DNA of 64,000 nucleotides from Prorocentrum cordatum (lineage: Eukaryota). Within the stretch, counting starts at the first letter, position 1. Each line of letters opens with the position of its first letter. The position numbers and the translations under genes were made by a program. Under the pieces are notes generated by a model, which was not told where the DNA came from, did not search any database, and was given only the letters and a program-made list of their open reading frames with translations. The stretch covers positions 1 to 64,000 of the forward strand of contig CAUYUJ010000221.1 of NCBI GenBank assembly GCA_963575745.1, given 5' to 3'. This document shows, one piece after another, positions 22,870-37,524 of this stretch.

Positions 22870-23005
22870 TGAAGACGTGGCCTCACTGAGGTCCCCGTCT
22901 TCGCATTCGGGGGTCATCATTTTGGGGGGTCTGGCTCGATACGTCTGCAAAAGAACCCCTGTCCCAAATTTTTCTGGCCCTCCAAACTCAGGTCCCCTTC
23001 CAAAG
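22870..23005 (+). repeat. Dispersed repeat family 7 (second copy about 27755-27870)
   Basis: Shared GTGGCCTCACTGAGGTCCCCGTCTTCGCATT and GGCCCTCC.AACT.AGGTCCCCT. Confidence 0.65.
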
Positions 23006-23243
23006 GGTCAGGGGGCATTTCGTTGCGAATGATTTGAGGTCAGTTGGAGGTCGGACGTTTGAGGCCGTTCGAGATTCGTTCCAGCAGCTGCGCCTCGCCG
23101 AGAGCGTCTCCGGGATGCCCGAATCGGCCCGAGCGGCCGCCGTGGGACTCGAGCTGCGGCCTGGAAACCGAGTGAACTCTGGCAGGTTCCAGCGACCTGC
23201 CCCGAATGGCTGCTGGAGGCCCCAGCCATGCCCCGAAAGCCAG

Positions 23244-23405
<162 letters not shown>

Positions 23406-24259
23406 GCGGGAGGTGCGCGGCGGCGGGTTTGTCTTGGGCTGCGTGCTCCGAAGGGTCCGTCTCGCGCCCGCGCGGCGCCTGCCCGAGCGCCGCCCCCTTC
23501 GCCGTGCGGCCGCGCGCGCCTCGGGGTGGCCCTGCGCGCTGGAGGGGCCCTTCTGGCGCGGTCCCGCCCGGGCCGGCGGCAGCCCAGGGATCCGTGCCGA
23601 GGCGTCCTCCCAGGCCTCCCAGGTGGACAGAGGAGGAGAGTGTACCCATACCTCTACCCTGCCCCCCTCTTCCCCTTGTGGGGCCTCCTGGGAGGCCCTC
23701 GTCGCCACCGCTGGATTCGCCTCGAAATCCTGGTCAGACCGCACCCCGTGAGAGGTCCAGGGAGTAGTGGTATCGGTACCTTTGGTTTCCCCAGATGGGG
23801 TCCGAGCAGCTGGGGTTAGAGGATCGCGCCGCATCGCCGACACGGTTCGATGTGGAGCACGTCGCTCTCCACGCTGTCGGCGCTGATGCATCGCCGACGT
23901 CACCGACGTGCCGCCTGTGCATTGACGATGCGGCGCGATCCTGGGACCCCACCTGCTCGGACCCTCTTGGGGAGGCCTCCAGGATGAGGAGGATGAGGAG
24001 GATGAGGAGGCGGAGGAGGAGGAGGAGGAGGAGGAGGAGGAGGAGGAGGAGGAGGAGGAGGAGGGAGGAGGAGGAGGAGGAGGAGGAGGAGGAGGAGGGA
24101 GGAGGAGGCGGAGGAGGAGGAGGAGGAGGAGGAGGAGGAGGATCGTCGTGGGAGGCTCTGCCGTGTCCTGGGGCCCCTGCTTTCCAGGGGGCAGAGCGCG
24201 GTTCCCGGAGGAGGCACCGGCCATCCTGGCGCCACCCACACGAGCACCAGGGCAAGAGG

Positions 24260-24419
24260 CAAGTCTGGCATGTCCTTCTACAGGAGGAATATCTAATAAC
24301 ACTTTTGAAACATAGTCTGGGGACGAGTTGTCGTGCGCTCTTTGGGGTTATTTTTCAGTATTTGTTGTATTTCTTATTTTCCTTCCAGAATCCGCCAGTA
24401 GGAGGACATGCGCGACCTA
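24260..24419 (+). mobile_element. MITE family 1, copy 2
   Basis: CAAGTCTGGCATGTCCTTCTACAGG...CCAGTAGGAGGACATGCGCGACCTA. Confidence 0.75.
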
Positions 24420-25128
24420 CCACTAGCACCAGGGCAATGGCGGGAAGTTCGCCAGCCAACCACCTCCAGGCTTCGTATACAAGGGCACGGTCCGCGGAGC
24501 AGACGGGCCGTGTAGCGCCAGGGCAAGCGAACGAAAGGCAGCAGCACTGAAGTGCAGCGCCAGGCACCAGCCACACGGCCCGACCAGCATGACAGCAAGT
24601 CGCAGCATTCAGAAGTGCATCATCGAGCACCAGCCGAGGGGCACCACATACACGGCGGCAGGGCAAGAAGCGAACATCGCAAGCATTGGCGGCATCACAG
24701 GGCACCAGCCGAGGAGCACCACCCTTGCGCCATGGAGCACCAGGCACAGAGCAGGGCACTGCTCGGGGAGCACTCAATTTCAGGCGGCTCACGTCTTAGC
24801 CTCTTCGTCTTCCATTCTGCTGATCCTCCGCTTCCTCCTCCTCCTCCTCCTCCTCCTCCTCCTCATCCTCATCCTCCCTTCCCGTCCTCCCCCCTTCCCT
24901 TTTTCTTTCTTCGAACCCAGTCCTCCCTCCTCTCTTTCTCTCTCCTCACCGCTCCTCGTCCTCCCTCCGCAACCCCTCTCCCTCTGAGGCCTCCCCCCCC
25001 TCCTCCCTCTTCGCCTCCGCCTCCTCGGCCTCCGCCTCCTCGCTCTCGCCCTCGTCGCCGCGGAGCGGTCTCTCCTGCCCCCATCTCCTTCCCCCCCTGG
25101 CACTCGGCGCCGGGGCTCCGGTGGCGAG

Positions 25129-25252
25129 GAGCAAGATCGCCAACTCCGCCCCTGCCCGCTTCGCCCTGGTCGCGCACCTGGTGGCGAGGCTCCTGCCGAT
25201 GCCGCTGTCGCTGGACAACCCGGAGCGGGAGAAGCGGTGCTTCTGGATGCAG
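25129..25252 (+). CDS. Host gene exon A (SKIANSAPARFALVAHLVARLLPMPLSLDNPEREKRCFWMQ)
   Basis: AG|G acceptor and CAG|GA donor; high-GC3 coding-like island between microsatellites; in phase with exon B. Confidence 0.75.
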
Positions 25253-26477
25253 GAGCCGCCGCGGGTGCTCCCGGAGGAGGAGGAGGAGGAGGAGGAGGAG
25301 GAGGAGGAGGAGGAGGAGGAGGAGGAGGAGGAGGAGGAGGAGGAGGAAGGAGGAGGAGGAGGAGGAGGGAGGAGGAGGAGGAGGAGGAGGAGGAGGAGGA
25401 GGAGGAGGAGGAGGGAGGAGGAGGAGGAGGAGGAGGAGGAGGAGGAGCAGGAGGGGGGAAGAGCAGGAGGAGGAGGAGGAGGAGCAGGAGGAGGTCTCTC
25501 GCCGCCCGGCCCGGGGCGCACGCTGCCCGGGGGAGAGCGGGCCTCTCCGGGGGCACTCTCCTGGCGCCGGGCTGTGGCCCTCGTGGGACGGGGAGCACGG
25601 CAGAGTGCCATCACCTCCTCCTCCTCCTCCTCCTCCTCCTCCTCCTGCTCCTCCTCCTCCTCCTCCTGCTCCTCTTCCTCCTCTCTTCCTCTTCCTCCTC
25701 CTCCTCCTCCTCTTCCTCCTCTTCCTCCTGCTCCTGTCATGCGCGCTCCACCACTCGCAAGGTGCCAGCTCGCGAACGTCAGAAGAAAACAGATGTGTTG
25801 CCTGGATGCAGTATATCTTGCATCCCCCGCCCCGAGGCGGAGCGAGGTCATTTGCGGGTAGTTGCTTGGCGGGTCGTGGGGCGCGCTGGTCCATTCCAGG
25901 CCTCCTGGATGGGTTCGGAGTAGATGATGTCGGAGGATCGCGCCGCATCGCCGATGCATCGGCGGTGCATCAGCGATGCGGCTCGATGTGCGGCCCAATT
26001 TGCTCCACGCCGACGTCGCAGATGCATCGCCGACGTCGCCAGTGCATGGCCGATGCTTCGCAAAGGTATCGGCGATGCGGCGAGATCCTCCGACCCCATA
26101 TACTCGGGCTCCAGCTAGGAGGCTTGTAAGAGTCTGGCACAGGTCGACAAACCGGTTGGCAGAGTCACTTCAGTTGCCAGCCCGAAACACATCCCTGTCC
26201 TTCTGAGCGGCGTCACTTTCTCTCGGTTTTGATCGTTCCGATCCCAAGGCTTTCCTCAGCTTTTGAGGGCACATCCTCAATATTGTCATCGCCCTGGGCT
26301 TGTCAATCTCAGGAATAGGGATAAGCTCGAGGCTGGCCAGTCGGAGTGCACCGAGGCCGACGGCCTGAGCCCGACAACGGGCGCGCGCTGAGCTTCGAAG
26401 TCAGGCGGGTGTCTGCTGGCGCCTCCGTGGTCAGATGATCGTTTCTTGGACCTTCCTGGGGACCACTGCACGGATCT

Positions 26478-26570
26478 GTTCGACTCTACTTCGACTCAAG
26501 TTCGACTCCATTTCGACTCTAGTTCGACTCAGGTTCAACTCAGTTTCGACTCAAATTCGACTCGAGTCGA
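26478..26570 (+). repeat. 11-bp tandem repeat TTCGACTCNNN
   Basis: About 8 units visible. Confidence 0.85.
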
Positions 26571-28584
26571 CGGAGGTTCGACGCAGGAGTGGAGCAAGTG
26601 GCTTCAGGAAGGTCTCCAGAATGACCATATAACCGTGGTGTCGGTTCCTCACTTTCTTCGTCGTCATTCTCTGTCTGCAGGGAGCGAGTGACTGCTGGCT
26701 TGTGTTAGACAGTACTCGGCGGCGAGCGAGGGTGGGACGTGAGAGGGAAAAAGCCCTCTCAGAAGGCGGCGGGCCTTCTCTGAAGCCCTCTGGCCTTCAG
26801 AGAAGTTTTCTATGTCTTCGGGGAAGGCTTGGAAAGCTTCTCAGAAGGCCGGGGAACTTTCGAGTTTTCTGAGAAGGCCCACCCTCTCTCACTTCCTTCC
26901 TGGACTGGCCGCTAAAGTACGGCTGGGGCTCAACATGACATGGCAGAACGGGGCCCAGGGCACAGCGTGCTCACTTCTTACTGGCCTGCGCGTGGTCTTT
27001 TTGTGACCATCCTGGGACCGGGAGCGGCTCCGCATTATCGTTTTTTTTTTTTTTTTTTCTAGGCAGCGTTGAGGAACGCTTCATGAACCATTCACTCCGG
27101 TCACACGAGCTCCTCGCTGTCACGCCACAGCGTGATCCCACAACTGTCACCGAGCGCGTTCCACTACTCGCAAAGTGCCTACTCGCAAACGTCCGAACAA
27201 AAACACGTCCGTTTCGATGTAATTTATCGTAGATCCCCCGCTTCGGATCCAGGCCATCTGCGAGCAGTTAGTTTGCGAGTAGCGGAACGCGCTTGTCCAA
27301 ATTGGGTAGTATGCAGTACCCCCGATGAGAGCCGAGGATGGGGCCCCGAAACTCGAAGGCAAGTCGTGCCCTCGTTTGGGCGACTCCTGACCAGGCACAG
27401 GTCACGTATAAGATCGCAAGGCAGCCTAGAAGAGCGCCAAGCGTCTGGGCGATCACAGAGAAGCGTGACACAGCATCAGCAGTCTTGCTGTCAGCAATCC
27501 TGCTCTAAGAAGACTTGCTGCAGCAATCTTGGGGCACATTCTTCTTCGAGATTTCAGCTGACTGAGGTGCCCCCCATGGGGCCGCGCCCGGGGAATCAGG
27601 AACTTCGGGGGGATACCTGCCGCCAGGCATTTCTTTCTCGACGCTCCTGCTGTGCTTCACCTGGCGGCGCCCGGATCGATCGGCGAGGCCGTTTCCGCAG
27701 CCTGTGGCCGTTTGGAGTCATCGAGCACAGAAGAACCCCAAATCTTAGTCTCACGATGCAGATGTGGCCTCACTGAGGTCCCCGTCTTCGCATTAGGAAA
27801 TGATAGATCTGGGCGGTTCGGTCTATCTTTGATGTACTTGGCCCTCCCAACTTAGGTCCCCTCCCCCAAATGCTATGGGTTTCTTTTTGGGTTCATCGTG
27901 GAGCATCAGCCCCTCACGTATGTGTCTTCTTGTCGGCCATGGGAAGCAGGGAGGATGCTGTCTTGCTGCCGCGCCGCGGGCGCTGGGAGATTTCCCTCGG
28001 GCTGCTTGCTGGTTGCCCCCCTGGCGCGTTGCGGTCGTTGCCCGGGTCACCCCACCCCTTCGGTAACAGGAACGATCGTACGTTCTGGCCCCGCCCACAC
28101 CTCCTCCACCTCCTCCTCCTCCTCCTCCTCCTCCTCCTCCTCCTCCTCCTCCTCCTCCTCCTCCTCCTCCTCCTCCTCCTCCCCCTCCCCCTCCCCCTCC
28201 TCCTCCCTCCCCCTCCCCTCCGCCTCCTCCTCCTCCTCCTCCTCCTTTTCCTCCTCCTCCTCCTCCTCCTCCTCCTCCTCCTCCTCCTCCTCCTCCCGGC
28301 GCCAGCGCCAGCGCGGGGGGGGTGTTGGAACCCCCCTCCCCCCCCTGTGGCCCTCTCTGGTCATCGTCGCTGCGTCCCCGCCGTCGGCGGTGCTGGCTGC
28401 CGCCAGCGCCGGCGCCGGCGCCGGCGCCGGGGGTGGGGGGGGAGGGAGGTGGTTTTGGACCCCCCCCTGGTATGGGGGGGGGATTCGGGAGGGGAGGGGG
28501 ATTCGGGATGGGGGGGGAGGGGAGTCCCCCTGGTTCTTATCGACGGCGCCAAGTGTTGGGGGGCGCCCATGAAACGTGCTCTCT

Positions 28585-29455
28585 CATACATACGTATATG
28601 TTTACACATACACATACATACACACATGCGTGCGTACATACAACCATACATACACACATGCATACGCACACACACACACACATACGTACGTACATACACA
28701 CATACATACATACGTACATACACAAATCAACACATACACACCTACACACCTACACACATACATACATACAACCATCCATCCATACATACATACAGCCATA
28801 CATACATACATACATACATACATACATTCATCCATACGTACATGCACACATACATGCATACATATACGTACATACATACATACAGACATACATACATACA
28901 TACACATACATACACACACATACATACATACACACATACATACATACACACATACATACATTTATACATACATACATACATACATACATCCATACATACA
29001 TACATACATACATACAACCATACATACATACATACATACACACATACATACACGCATACATACATACATACATACATACATACATACATACATACATACA
29101 TTCATGCATGTATGCATGCATGCATACATACACTCATGCATACACGCAACCATACACACATATACACATACATACATGCATGCATGCATGCATACATACA
29201 TACATACATACATACATACATACATACACACATGCACATACATACATACATACATACATACATACAAACATACATACATACACACATACATACAACCATC
29301 CATCCATACATACATACATACATACATACAGGCATGCATGCATGCATGCATGCATGCATGCACACATACATGCATATATATATATATGTTTGCATCCATT
29401 CATCCATACATGCCCATACATACACATACATACACACATGCAACCATTCACATAT
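28585..29455. repeat. (CATA)n microsatellite
   Basis: Directly visible. Confidence 0.95.
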
Positions 29456-30744
29456 ATAGTATTTTCATGCTGCTTCTGGTTTTCGTAGCACTGTGTGAAT
29501 GTGGATCATCATTCATATTCGGATTATCGGCTGTTATCAGAAGGTGTGATGCCTCAGGAGGCCGACAACGGCGAAAAGCCTTCGGCCCGATTTTGTTCAC
29601 GACGCGAGGACGTCATGGGGAGGATGAGGGTTCCGTAGCTGGAGACCGGGCAGGGCCTGAAACGCCACAGGTCGGGCGGGTGATAATGGGTGGTGGTGGC
29701 CCACATGGGGGATAAAGGAAGGGGCCCTAAAGGGGCCCTGCAGGGCATCTTTTGGAGCCAGCAGGAGCCAAAATGGGGCCCTGAAGGGCCCCTTTGAAAT
29801 AGGACTTGTTTGTTGCCCCCACCATGTATGTCACCCACCCCTCATTACCACCCGCCCGCCGCCACGGATATGGCTTACAGTCGTGCCGAAGTCTCAGATC
29901 GAGGTCGGCTCGGGGAGGGTGCCCTGATGCTCGTCGTGCTTGCTGGATGCTCTTGTGCATCATAGGGAGGGTGCCCTTGGATGTTCTGCTTGTTTTGCCC
30001 GACGGAGGGTCTCGTGCTCTTGCTGGATGTCTTTCTGGCCTGGGCCCGATTGTAGCTCCACTCACCCCCGAGCTCCCGCGGCGGACCCCGCCGCGGGGCC
30101 CCTCCCCACCACAGGTCGGCCTGCGCGGCGGGGGGAAGCCTCATACCTGGCCCGAGCGGACATCGCAGGGCCCATTTCTGGATCCGATCAATCCGGGTTT
30201 GGATCTCGACCTCGACCGGCTCGAGCCGATTCGGTTCCGATATCTCCCGGCGGACCGAGGCAGCCCGACGGCCCGCATGGCTCTGCTGTGCACCCTGGCG
30301 CGGCCAATTCGTTTCTCGATCTCGACTCCTGGACGATGCGGCCCGATTCTGTGCCCGCTCCGGTCCGAGCCGATGCCCCGATTCGGCGGTGGCAGGTCTT
30401 GGCAGAGCGAGAGAGGGGAGGGCGCGGCGGAGGAGCAGGAGCAGGAGCAGGAGCAGGAGGAGGAGGAGGAGGAGGAGGAGGAGAAGGAGGAGGAGGAGGA
30501 GGAGGAACATGAGGAGGAGGAGGAGCAGGAGCAGGAGGAGGAGGAGGAGGAGGAGGAGGAGGAGGAGGAGGAGGAGGAGGAGGACCCCAGGGCCGCAGAC
30601 CGGGCAGGGCCCGAAACGCCCTCGGCAAAGCGCCCGCGAGCTCCCGCGGCGGACCCCTCCGACGGAGCCCCTCCGCACCGGGTCGGCCCGCGCGGCGGGC
30701 GGAGGCCCGGTTCAGCCCGAGCGGATATGCACGATCTCTGTCCT

Positions 30745-30956
30745 TCGGGGGCAGGCTGCCAAGAGGGGGGTGATGACAAGGGGGGGTGGACATCATGGCG
30801 GGGGCCATAAAATCTCCCCAGATTTCATGGCGCCTCTTCTTATTTCAATGATTTCAATGCGTGCCTGGCCCCCCTCTCTGGGCCGCGCACATGCCGCTTG
30901 CCATGATCTGCGCCCCCCCCCTCTCCTGGACGCCCCCCCCCCTTGGCCGCCCCCGA
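30745..30956 (+). mobile_element. MITE family 2, copy c
   Basis: TCGGGGG...CCCCCGA with a perfect 5-bp TSD GTCCT. Confidence 0.8.
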
Positions 30957-31467
30957 GTCCTACGGTAGGGGGAAGCAATTCGTGGAGCCTCCCCCGCTCC
31001 CCCAAGCTTCAAGCCTACACGCGCGAGGGAGGCTGCGGTCGAAGCGCAGCTCCTCGGACCCAGCGCCAGCTCGGAGCATCCTGGGGGGAGGCGTGGACCG
31101 AGGAGCGTAGCCTGCGGTTCGCTCTTTTCTCCGAGGCCCGTGCCCCCGCCTCCCCGCGGTGTGCAGGCAGTCGCGGCCCAGGGCTCTTTTGTGGGCCACG
31201 GTCGGCCTCCGAGGGCCCCTCACGGGCCCCCTGCGGGTGCCTTGGAAGAGGTGGTGGAGGAGGAGGAGGAGGAAGTGGAGGAGAGGAGGATTGGACGATT
31301 GGAGGATTGTAGGATCGGAGGATGAGGATGCAAGGGGGGCAGAGCAGGTCGGGAGGAGGAGGAGGAAGAGGAGGAGGAGGAGGCGGCGGGAGGATGGATT
31401 AGGGGCAGTGGAGGAGGGGCGAGGAGGGGCGAGGAGGAGCGGCTCGGGAGCAGAGGCTGGCCCCCCC

Positions 31468-31623
31468 GGGGGAAAACGCACACAGACACACGTCATCGCC
31501 GACTCCCAGGTAACAGCTATGGGACATCTGGGACGTGTGGGTGAAGACGAAACCCCAGAAAATATGGGAAAGTATCGGGAATCCTGGGATTTGTGTTTAT
31601 CATTTGTGTGTCCCTGGGCCCTT
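31468..31623 (+). mobile_element. MITE-like family 6 (second copy about 48512-48674)
   Basis: Shared CACACAGACACAC..ATATGGGAA..TATCGGGAATCCTG..ATTTGTGTGTCCC.GGGCCC. Confidence 0.65.
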
Positions 31624-33176
31624 TTACTGAAACAAGCACGACGTCCGAGATCCGGGTGCGCCACCCTGAGATCTTGGCGGCTCCATTTTTTCGAGCCGGG
31701 CGTTTGCGTTCAATTGCGGGCCCCAGGACCCTCACAGATCGAATCCCAATTCCTAAGAGGACGCAGAAGGAGATGGGGTCTGGGGCTCGGGTCGTGATTT
31801 CTTTGGGGATGCTGCAATTATTTTGTGCAAGCGTCGGATCTCTGGGCAGCAGGAGCCGATGGATGGGCTTGTTGTCTCCGCGGCGGCTCGTCCGTCCGCC
31901 TCAACGTTTGAGATGTGGGTGCGCCGGGAGCCGAGGGAAGGGCTTTTTTTCACGGTGGCCTTGTCTCCACGGTGGCCCGTCCGCCTCAGCGTTGGAGATG
32001 TGTCAAGCAGTGGCGAAGCGTCCTGGCGTGCCTATAGTCCTGCCAAACAGTGTTCTAAGAACCTTTTGTGGTTCCCACGAAAGGTTCTTAGAACATTTCT
32101 GGTTGGGACTGTCTTGTTTTATCGCATCGGGTTTATGTTCTAAGATCATTGTTTCTGTTATTCGAACATTTCTGGGTTCCAAGAAAATGTCGTGGTAGGA
32201 CTATAGGAATGCCGGGACGGTTGGTCCCTGCTCAAATGTGGGTGCGCCGGGAGCCGACGTTGGAGATGTGGGTGCGACGTTGGAGATGTGGGCGGCACGT
32301 CCGCCTCAGCGTTGGAGGTGTGGGTGCGACGTTCGAGAATTTCCCCCCCCCCCCCCCCCCCCCCCCCCCACGTTGGCCTTTGCGGCCGCAGGCTGTCTGC
32401 GTTCCAAGGCGGTCGCTGCCGTCTTGCAGGTGCCCTGGCCCACCTGGCCATGGGCCATCATGGGAAGCGGAAGGCCCCTGCCGCAGTTTTTGCGGCTCAG
32501 GGTGGGACGCACTGCTGCAAACAGTCGCATTGAGCAGAGAGGTCCAGAGCCAGACCCCCCCTACCCCCCCCCCCCCCCTTCCGCCAAATGTCGAAACGCC
32601 GGCTAAGAACACGCTCCCCTGGTGATTCTTCCTGCGACGCTGCGTTTTCTCTTGCAGGCGCCGGACCTCAGGGCAGGAGCCGAGGACAGGTGTTTTTGTC
32701 GCCACGGGGGCGCGTCTGCCTCAACGTTGGAGACGTGGGTGCGCCGGGAGCCGAGGGAAGGGGCTTTGTCCGCGGCCTCCCGATCTCCTGGCCTCCCTCC
32801 CGTCCTCCCTCCCATGCTCTTCCCTCCGCTCCCGGGCGCCGTGCGAGACATCACCGGGGATGTCCTCTGGAAGCCCCTGGGGGCTGCCAGAGGCCTCTCG
32901 AGGTTCCCGCGGGTCTCCAGAGGTGTCTGGATGCCCGATGCCACGTTGCCTCATGGGGCCCCCAACCGAGCAAACAAGTACTGACGACTGGTGATTCTCC
33001 TCCCTCCTCCTCCTCCTCCTCCTCCTCCTCCTCCTATTCCTCCTGCTCCTCCTCCTCGTCCTCCTCCTGCTTCTCCTGCTCCTCCTGCTCCTCCTGCTCC
33101 TCCTGCTCCTCCTGCTCCTTTTTCTCCTCCTCCTCCTCCTCCTTCTCCTCCTCCTCCTCCTCCTCCTCCTCCTCCT

Positions 33177-33210
<34 letters not shown>

Positions 33211-33282
33211 CTCCTCCTCCCCCTCGGGTGTGGGGGGGGGATTCGCGTGGCTGGTTCACTCATCCTCGGGGGGCGGTGGAAG

Positions 33283-33381
33283 GAGCTGCGCTTCGAGACA
33301 AAGTCGGACATCATGCGGCACATCCACCTCATCACTCGCCACTTCTCGGCTGCGGCGCTTGGGCTGCGCCTCAATCGCGAG
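33283..33381 (+). CDS. Host gene exon B (ELRFETKSDIMRHIHLITRHFSAAALGLRLNRE)
   Basis: AAG|G acceptor after a (CCT)n tract; GAG|GC donor; phase 0/0. Confidence 0.8.
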
Positions 33382-34353
33382 GCCAGGGCTGCGGTGGCCT
33401 GTCTCCAAAAAAATGAGGCTGGGCCGGGTGTCTGCCGCGTACCTTTGTGTCTACTGTGAACCACGCCAGGGACAATGTTGTCCAGGTTGGTCTCGGAATG
33501 GGCTCGGGGTCCATTGGGTCCTGCCTGACGCCCATGCTTTCTCCAGACGCTGCGCGTAGATCTGGGCGCAACGGGCGCAGAGCATTGGGGCGATGATGAT
33601 GAGGAGGGCGATGAGGATGATGAAGAGGAATACGTAACTCGGAACTCCGCGAAAAGACGCCAGAGGGGATCGTTGCCGGGGGGTGCACTACATGATGAAG
33701 TGGAGGTTGGGGAGAAGGTCGGGCCAGCAGGCAGATGAGGAAGAGGCGGGGGAAGAGAAGGCGGAGGACCAGAGTAAGGCTGAAGCATGTATCAGCGATG
33801 CCGCAGTGCACGCTCCCGTCCCAGGTTGCCACCTCGTTCGTCCCTACGGGCATTCTTTTCTCCATTGAGCGGAGCGCCCACCTCGAGACCGACGAGCGCC
33901 CCATGGCTCCACGTGAGCTCCGGCGTGACAGAAGCCAGCCGTCATCTCTCGAGCTGTAACCAGTGGATGCGCCAATGCTGGGTCGCAGTCGACCCCGCAT
34001 GGTAAGGGTGGGCAGCCTTTCCAAGTGTGCTCCTTGCATCCCTGGCTCCTCCAAACCTGGTAAAAAATAACAGAAGACTTCTGAATTCGGTGATTGTGGG
34101 GTCAGTGCTACTCCAATGCTGACGGATGCCTGTTGACTCGGACGCGGTGTTGTCCAAAAACTGACCCCACCCTCTCAGCATTGAAGAACGCGCTGTCTGA
34201 CAAGTGCCCGAAAGCATCGTGCTCCAGGATGCCAACTTCCATTTCTGGATATTTTTGACGAGGCTTGTCGGTTCATCCTTGGTCATATTCGTGGGCCGCG
34301 CCCCGCTCGAAGAGCTTCGAATCGAGCGTCCAAGGCTCTTTGCATCCTTATCT

Positions 34354-34511
34354 TAAGTCGGGCCTGTCCCTCTACAGGGGGAACATTCAAAAATTGTCAA
34401 CAAATAGTCAGGGGACGAATTCTTGACTATTTTTATCCATTCGGGGGGTATTTTTTGAGTATTTCTTATTTTTCGCCCACAATTGCCCTGAAGGGGGACA
34501 CGCCCGACTTA
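34354..34511 (+). mobile_element. MITE family 1, copy 3
   Basis: TAAGTCGGGC...GCCCGACTTA; TSD ATCCTTATCT/ATCCTCATCG. Confidence 0.8.
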
Positions 34512-34686
34512 ATCCTCATCGCGCCTCCTTGCGACGCGGGCCGGCTGTATACCTTCCAAGGACGTGCCCGGCGACGGTCCCGCTCCGTATAAAGGGTCCG
34601 CCCTCCTTTAGTGATTATCGTGCTGCTCTTGCGCACGTTCGTGGACACATCGTGCACAGAGACGTCTCAACCGAGAGCCCCATGTA

Positions 34687-34881
34687 TCGGGGGCGGCAAA
34701 GAGGGGGGTGATGACTAGGGGGGGTGGATGTCATGGCGTGGGCCATGATATTTCCCCAGAATTCTCATGGCGCCTCTTCTCACTTCATGACGTCCCTGGC
34801 CCCCCCGCTGGGCCGCGTACATGCCGCCAGTCATGATTTGCACCCCCCCCTCTTGGACACCCCCCTCTTGGCCGCTCCCGA
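34687..34881 (+). mobile_element. MITE family 2, copy d
   Basis: TCGGGGGCGGC...GCCGCTCCCGA with a perfect 5-bp TSD ATGTA. Confidence 0.85.
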
Positions 34882-35899
34882 ATGTAGGAGAGGAGCCGCC
34901 CTCCATCCGTGTCGCCCTCGCACACTCTTTGACGTGCGGTGATGTCGAGAGAGTCGTCTCAGGAACGAGCCATACTGTGAATACGTAGGAACCGCCCTCC
35001 ATCAGTGCAAATGCTGGACAGGTCGAAGACGTGTGTGCGCGGTGCCAAGGCGAGATCCCCATTTTGATCGTCACTCACTTTGCATCCGTCTACCTTTCTG
35101 TTTGTTTAGACGTGGGTGTGCGCGGCGCCGTGGCGATAGCCCCATGTTGAAAACCGCCCGCCATCCATCTGTGCAAAATGCCTCTTTTTAAGTGCGGATG
35201 TGCGCGGCGCCCAGGCGATAGCTCCATGTTGTGAACCGGCCGCCCTCCATCCCTTCGGTTACTGGAATTACGTGCGTGCCTGTGCGGTGCCGAGACGAGA
35301 GCCTCATGTTGAAAGCCATTCGCTTCCCAATGCAGCTATGGGAAATATCGAGCTTCAAGCTCGTACACGTTTGGGAGGAGGAGAAGGAGGCGGAGAGGGG
35401 GAGGAGGAAGGAGGAGGAAGAGAGAAGAGTTGATAATGAGGCGGAGGAGGAGGGGGAGGAGAAAGGATGAGGGAGAGGGGGAGGAGGAAAGAGGAGGAGG
35501 AGTAGGGAGGAGGAGGAGGAGGAGGAGGAGAGGAGGAGGAGTAGGTGGAGTAGGAGGAGGAGGAGGAGGAGGAGGAGGACGGGGAGGAGGAAGGACAAGG
35601 AAAGAGGAGAAGGAGGAGAGGAGCAGGAGGAAACGTGTATTGGATTTTGTATTCAGTGCAACTTAGCAGGCTTACGTAGAACGCAACATCTAGGTCGCAG
35701 CATTGCTGGGCGGTCGTCGGTGTGTCGCACTCGGGCTGGACCATGCAGCGCAAGCTGGCGGACCCACATCAGTGCAACAGCTGGCGCAAGCATCCACACC
35801 TTTGAGACAACATGTTGCCAGCTCCGCGAGGTTGAGAACAACAGAAACAACGACGATACTGCGAGGAGGGGAACTTATGGGAGGAGGAAGAGGAATGAC

Positions 35900-37168
35900 A
35901 CTGATGCTGATGCTGATGGCGATGGTGATGATGGTGGTGTTGTGGTGATGATGTGCTTGCCGGTGACGGCGATGATGACGACGATACTGACGAGGCCGTT
36001 GCTTCTGCTGGGCATGATGATTCTGCAGCTGATAAATTTAATAGTGATGCTGTCGACCGTGCTTAATACGCTGATGATTATTTTGTGCGAATGCCGATTA
36101 TGCTGATGAAGGTGATTATGATAATGGGGATGGCGGTGGTGATGAGGATGATGACGATGCTGGTGACTGTGACGATGACGGTGGTGATGCTGATAATGAT
36201 GCTGTGATTGATGCTGATGCTGCTGCTGATGCCGCTGCTGATGATGATGTGAATGCTGGTGATGATGACGACTACGATGATGATGTTGATGATGAGGATT
36301 ACGATGATGATGGTGGTGATGATGAGGATGATGGCGATGACGATGGCGATGACGATGATGCTGGTGATGCTGATTATTGGGGTGATACCGATGACGATGG
36401 TGATGACGATCCTGCTGTTTCTGCTGATGATGATGCTGATGATGCTGCTGCTGCACATGATGACGGTGATGCTGATGATGACGATGTTGATGATGATGAT
36501 GAGAGGAGGATGATGATGCTGATGATGATGAGAATGATGGTGCTGAGTCGGCTGCTACTGATGCTGCTGATGACGATTATGCTGAGAATGAGGATGATAC
36601 TGATACTGATGCTGATTATGGTGGGGAGGTGGATAATGATTCTGATGCTGATGTTGATGACAATAATGATGACGACGATGCTGCTGCTGACGACGATGAT
36701 TATGCCGTTGGTGATGCTTATGATGGCGATGATGCTGCTATTGCTGATAATGATGCTGATGATGATGATGCTGCTTCTGGTCAGGAGAATGATGACCATG
36801 CTGCTGATGCTGATGATGCTGAAGATGATGATGCTGCTGATGATGCTGATGATGTTGATGACGATGATGATGCTGATGATGATGACGACGAACATGCTGA
36901 TGACGATGATGATGCTGATGATGATGATGGTGATGGTCATGGTGATGATGATGCTGTCGATGATGATGATGATGACGATGCTGATGATGATGATGTTGTT
37001 GATGATGATGCTGACGATGATGATGATGCTGATGATAATGATGCTGATCATGATGCTGATGATGATGATGCTGCTGATGATGATGATGGTGATGATGATG
37101 CTGATGGTGATTCTGATGATGATGACGATGATGCTGATGACGATGGTGATGATGCTGATGCTGATGCT

Positions 37169-37199
<31 letters not shown>

Positions 37200-37323
37200 A
37201 TGATGATGCTGATGATGGTGATGATGATGATGCTGCTGCTGATGATGATGATGATGATACTGATGATGCTGATGATGATGATTATGATGATGATGCTGAT
37301 GATGATGATGCTGATGATGATGC

Positions 37324-37409
<86 letters not shown>

Positions 37410-37410
37410 C
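35900..37410. repeat. Degenerate (GAT/GCT)n microsatellite
   Basis: Directly visible; source of the poly-M/D/H/I ORFs. Confidence 0.95.
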
Positions 37411-37524
37411 TGTTGGGATGAGGGCGACGGCGATGACGAGCAACATGACGCTGAAGGGCGATGGGGGATGCTGATGAGGAGGGGATGGATGGAGCTGGGC
37501 ATACAGGCAGTGCATCCCCTAGAG

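Noticed and set aside
33942..34310. Minus-strand ORF resembling a LINE 3' end (AGRGPR-M...QKWKLASW)
   Set aside because: Only a faint similarity to the WAGHVARM-type motif, and it needs a frameshift; insufficient evidence.
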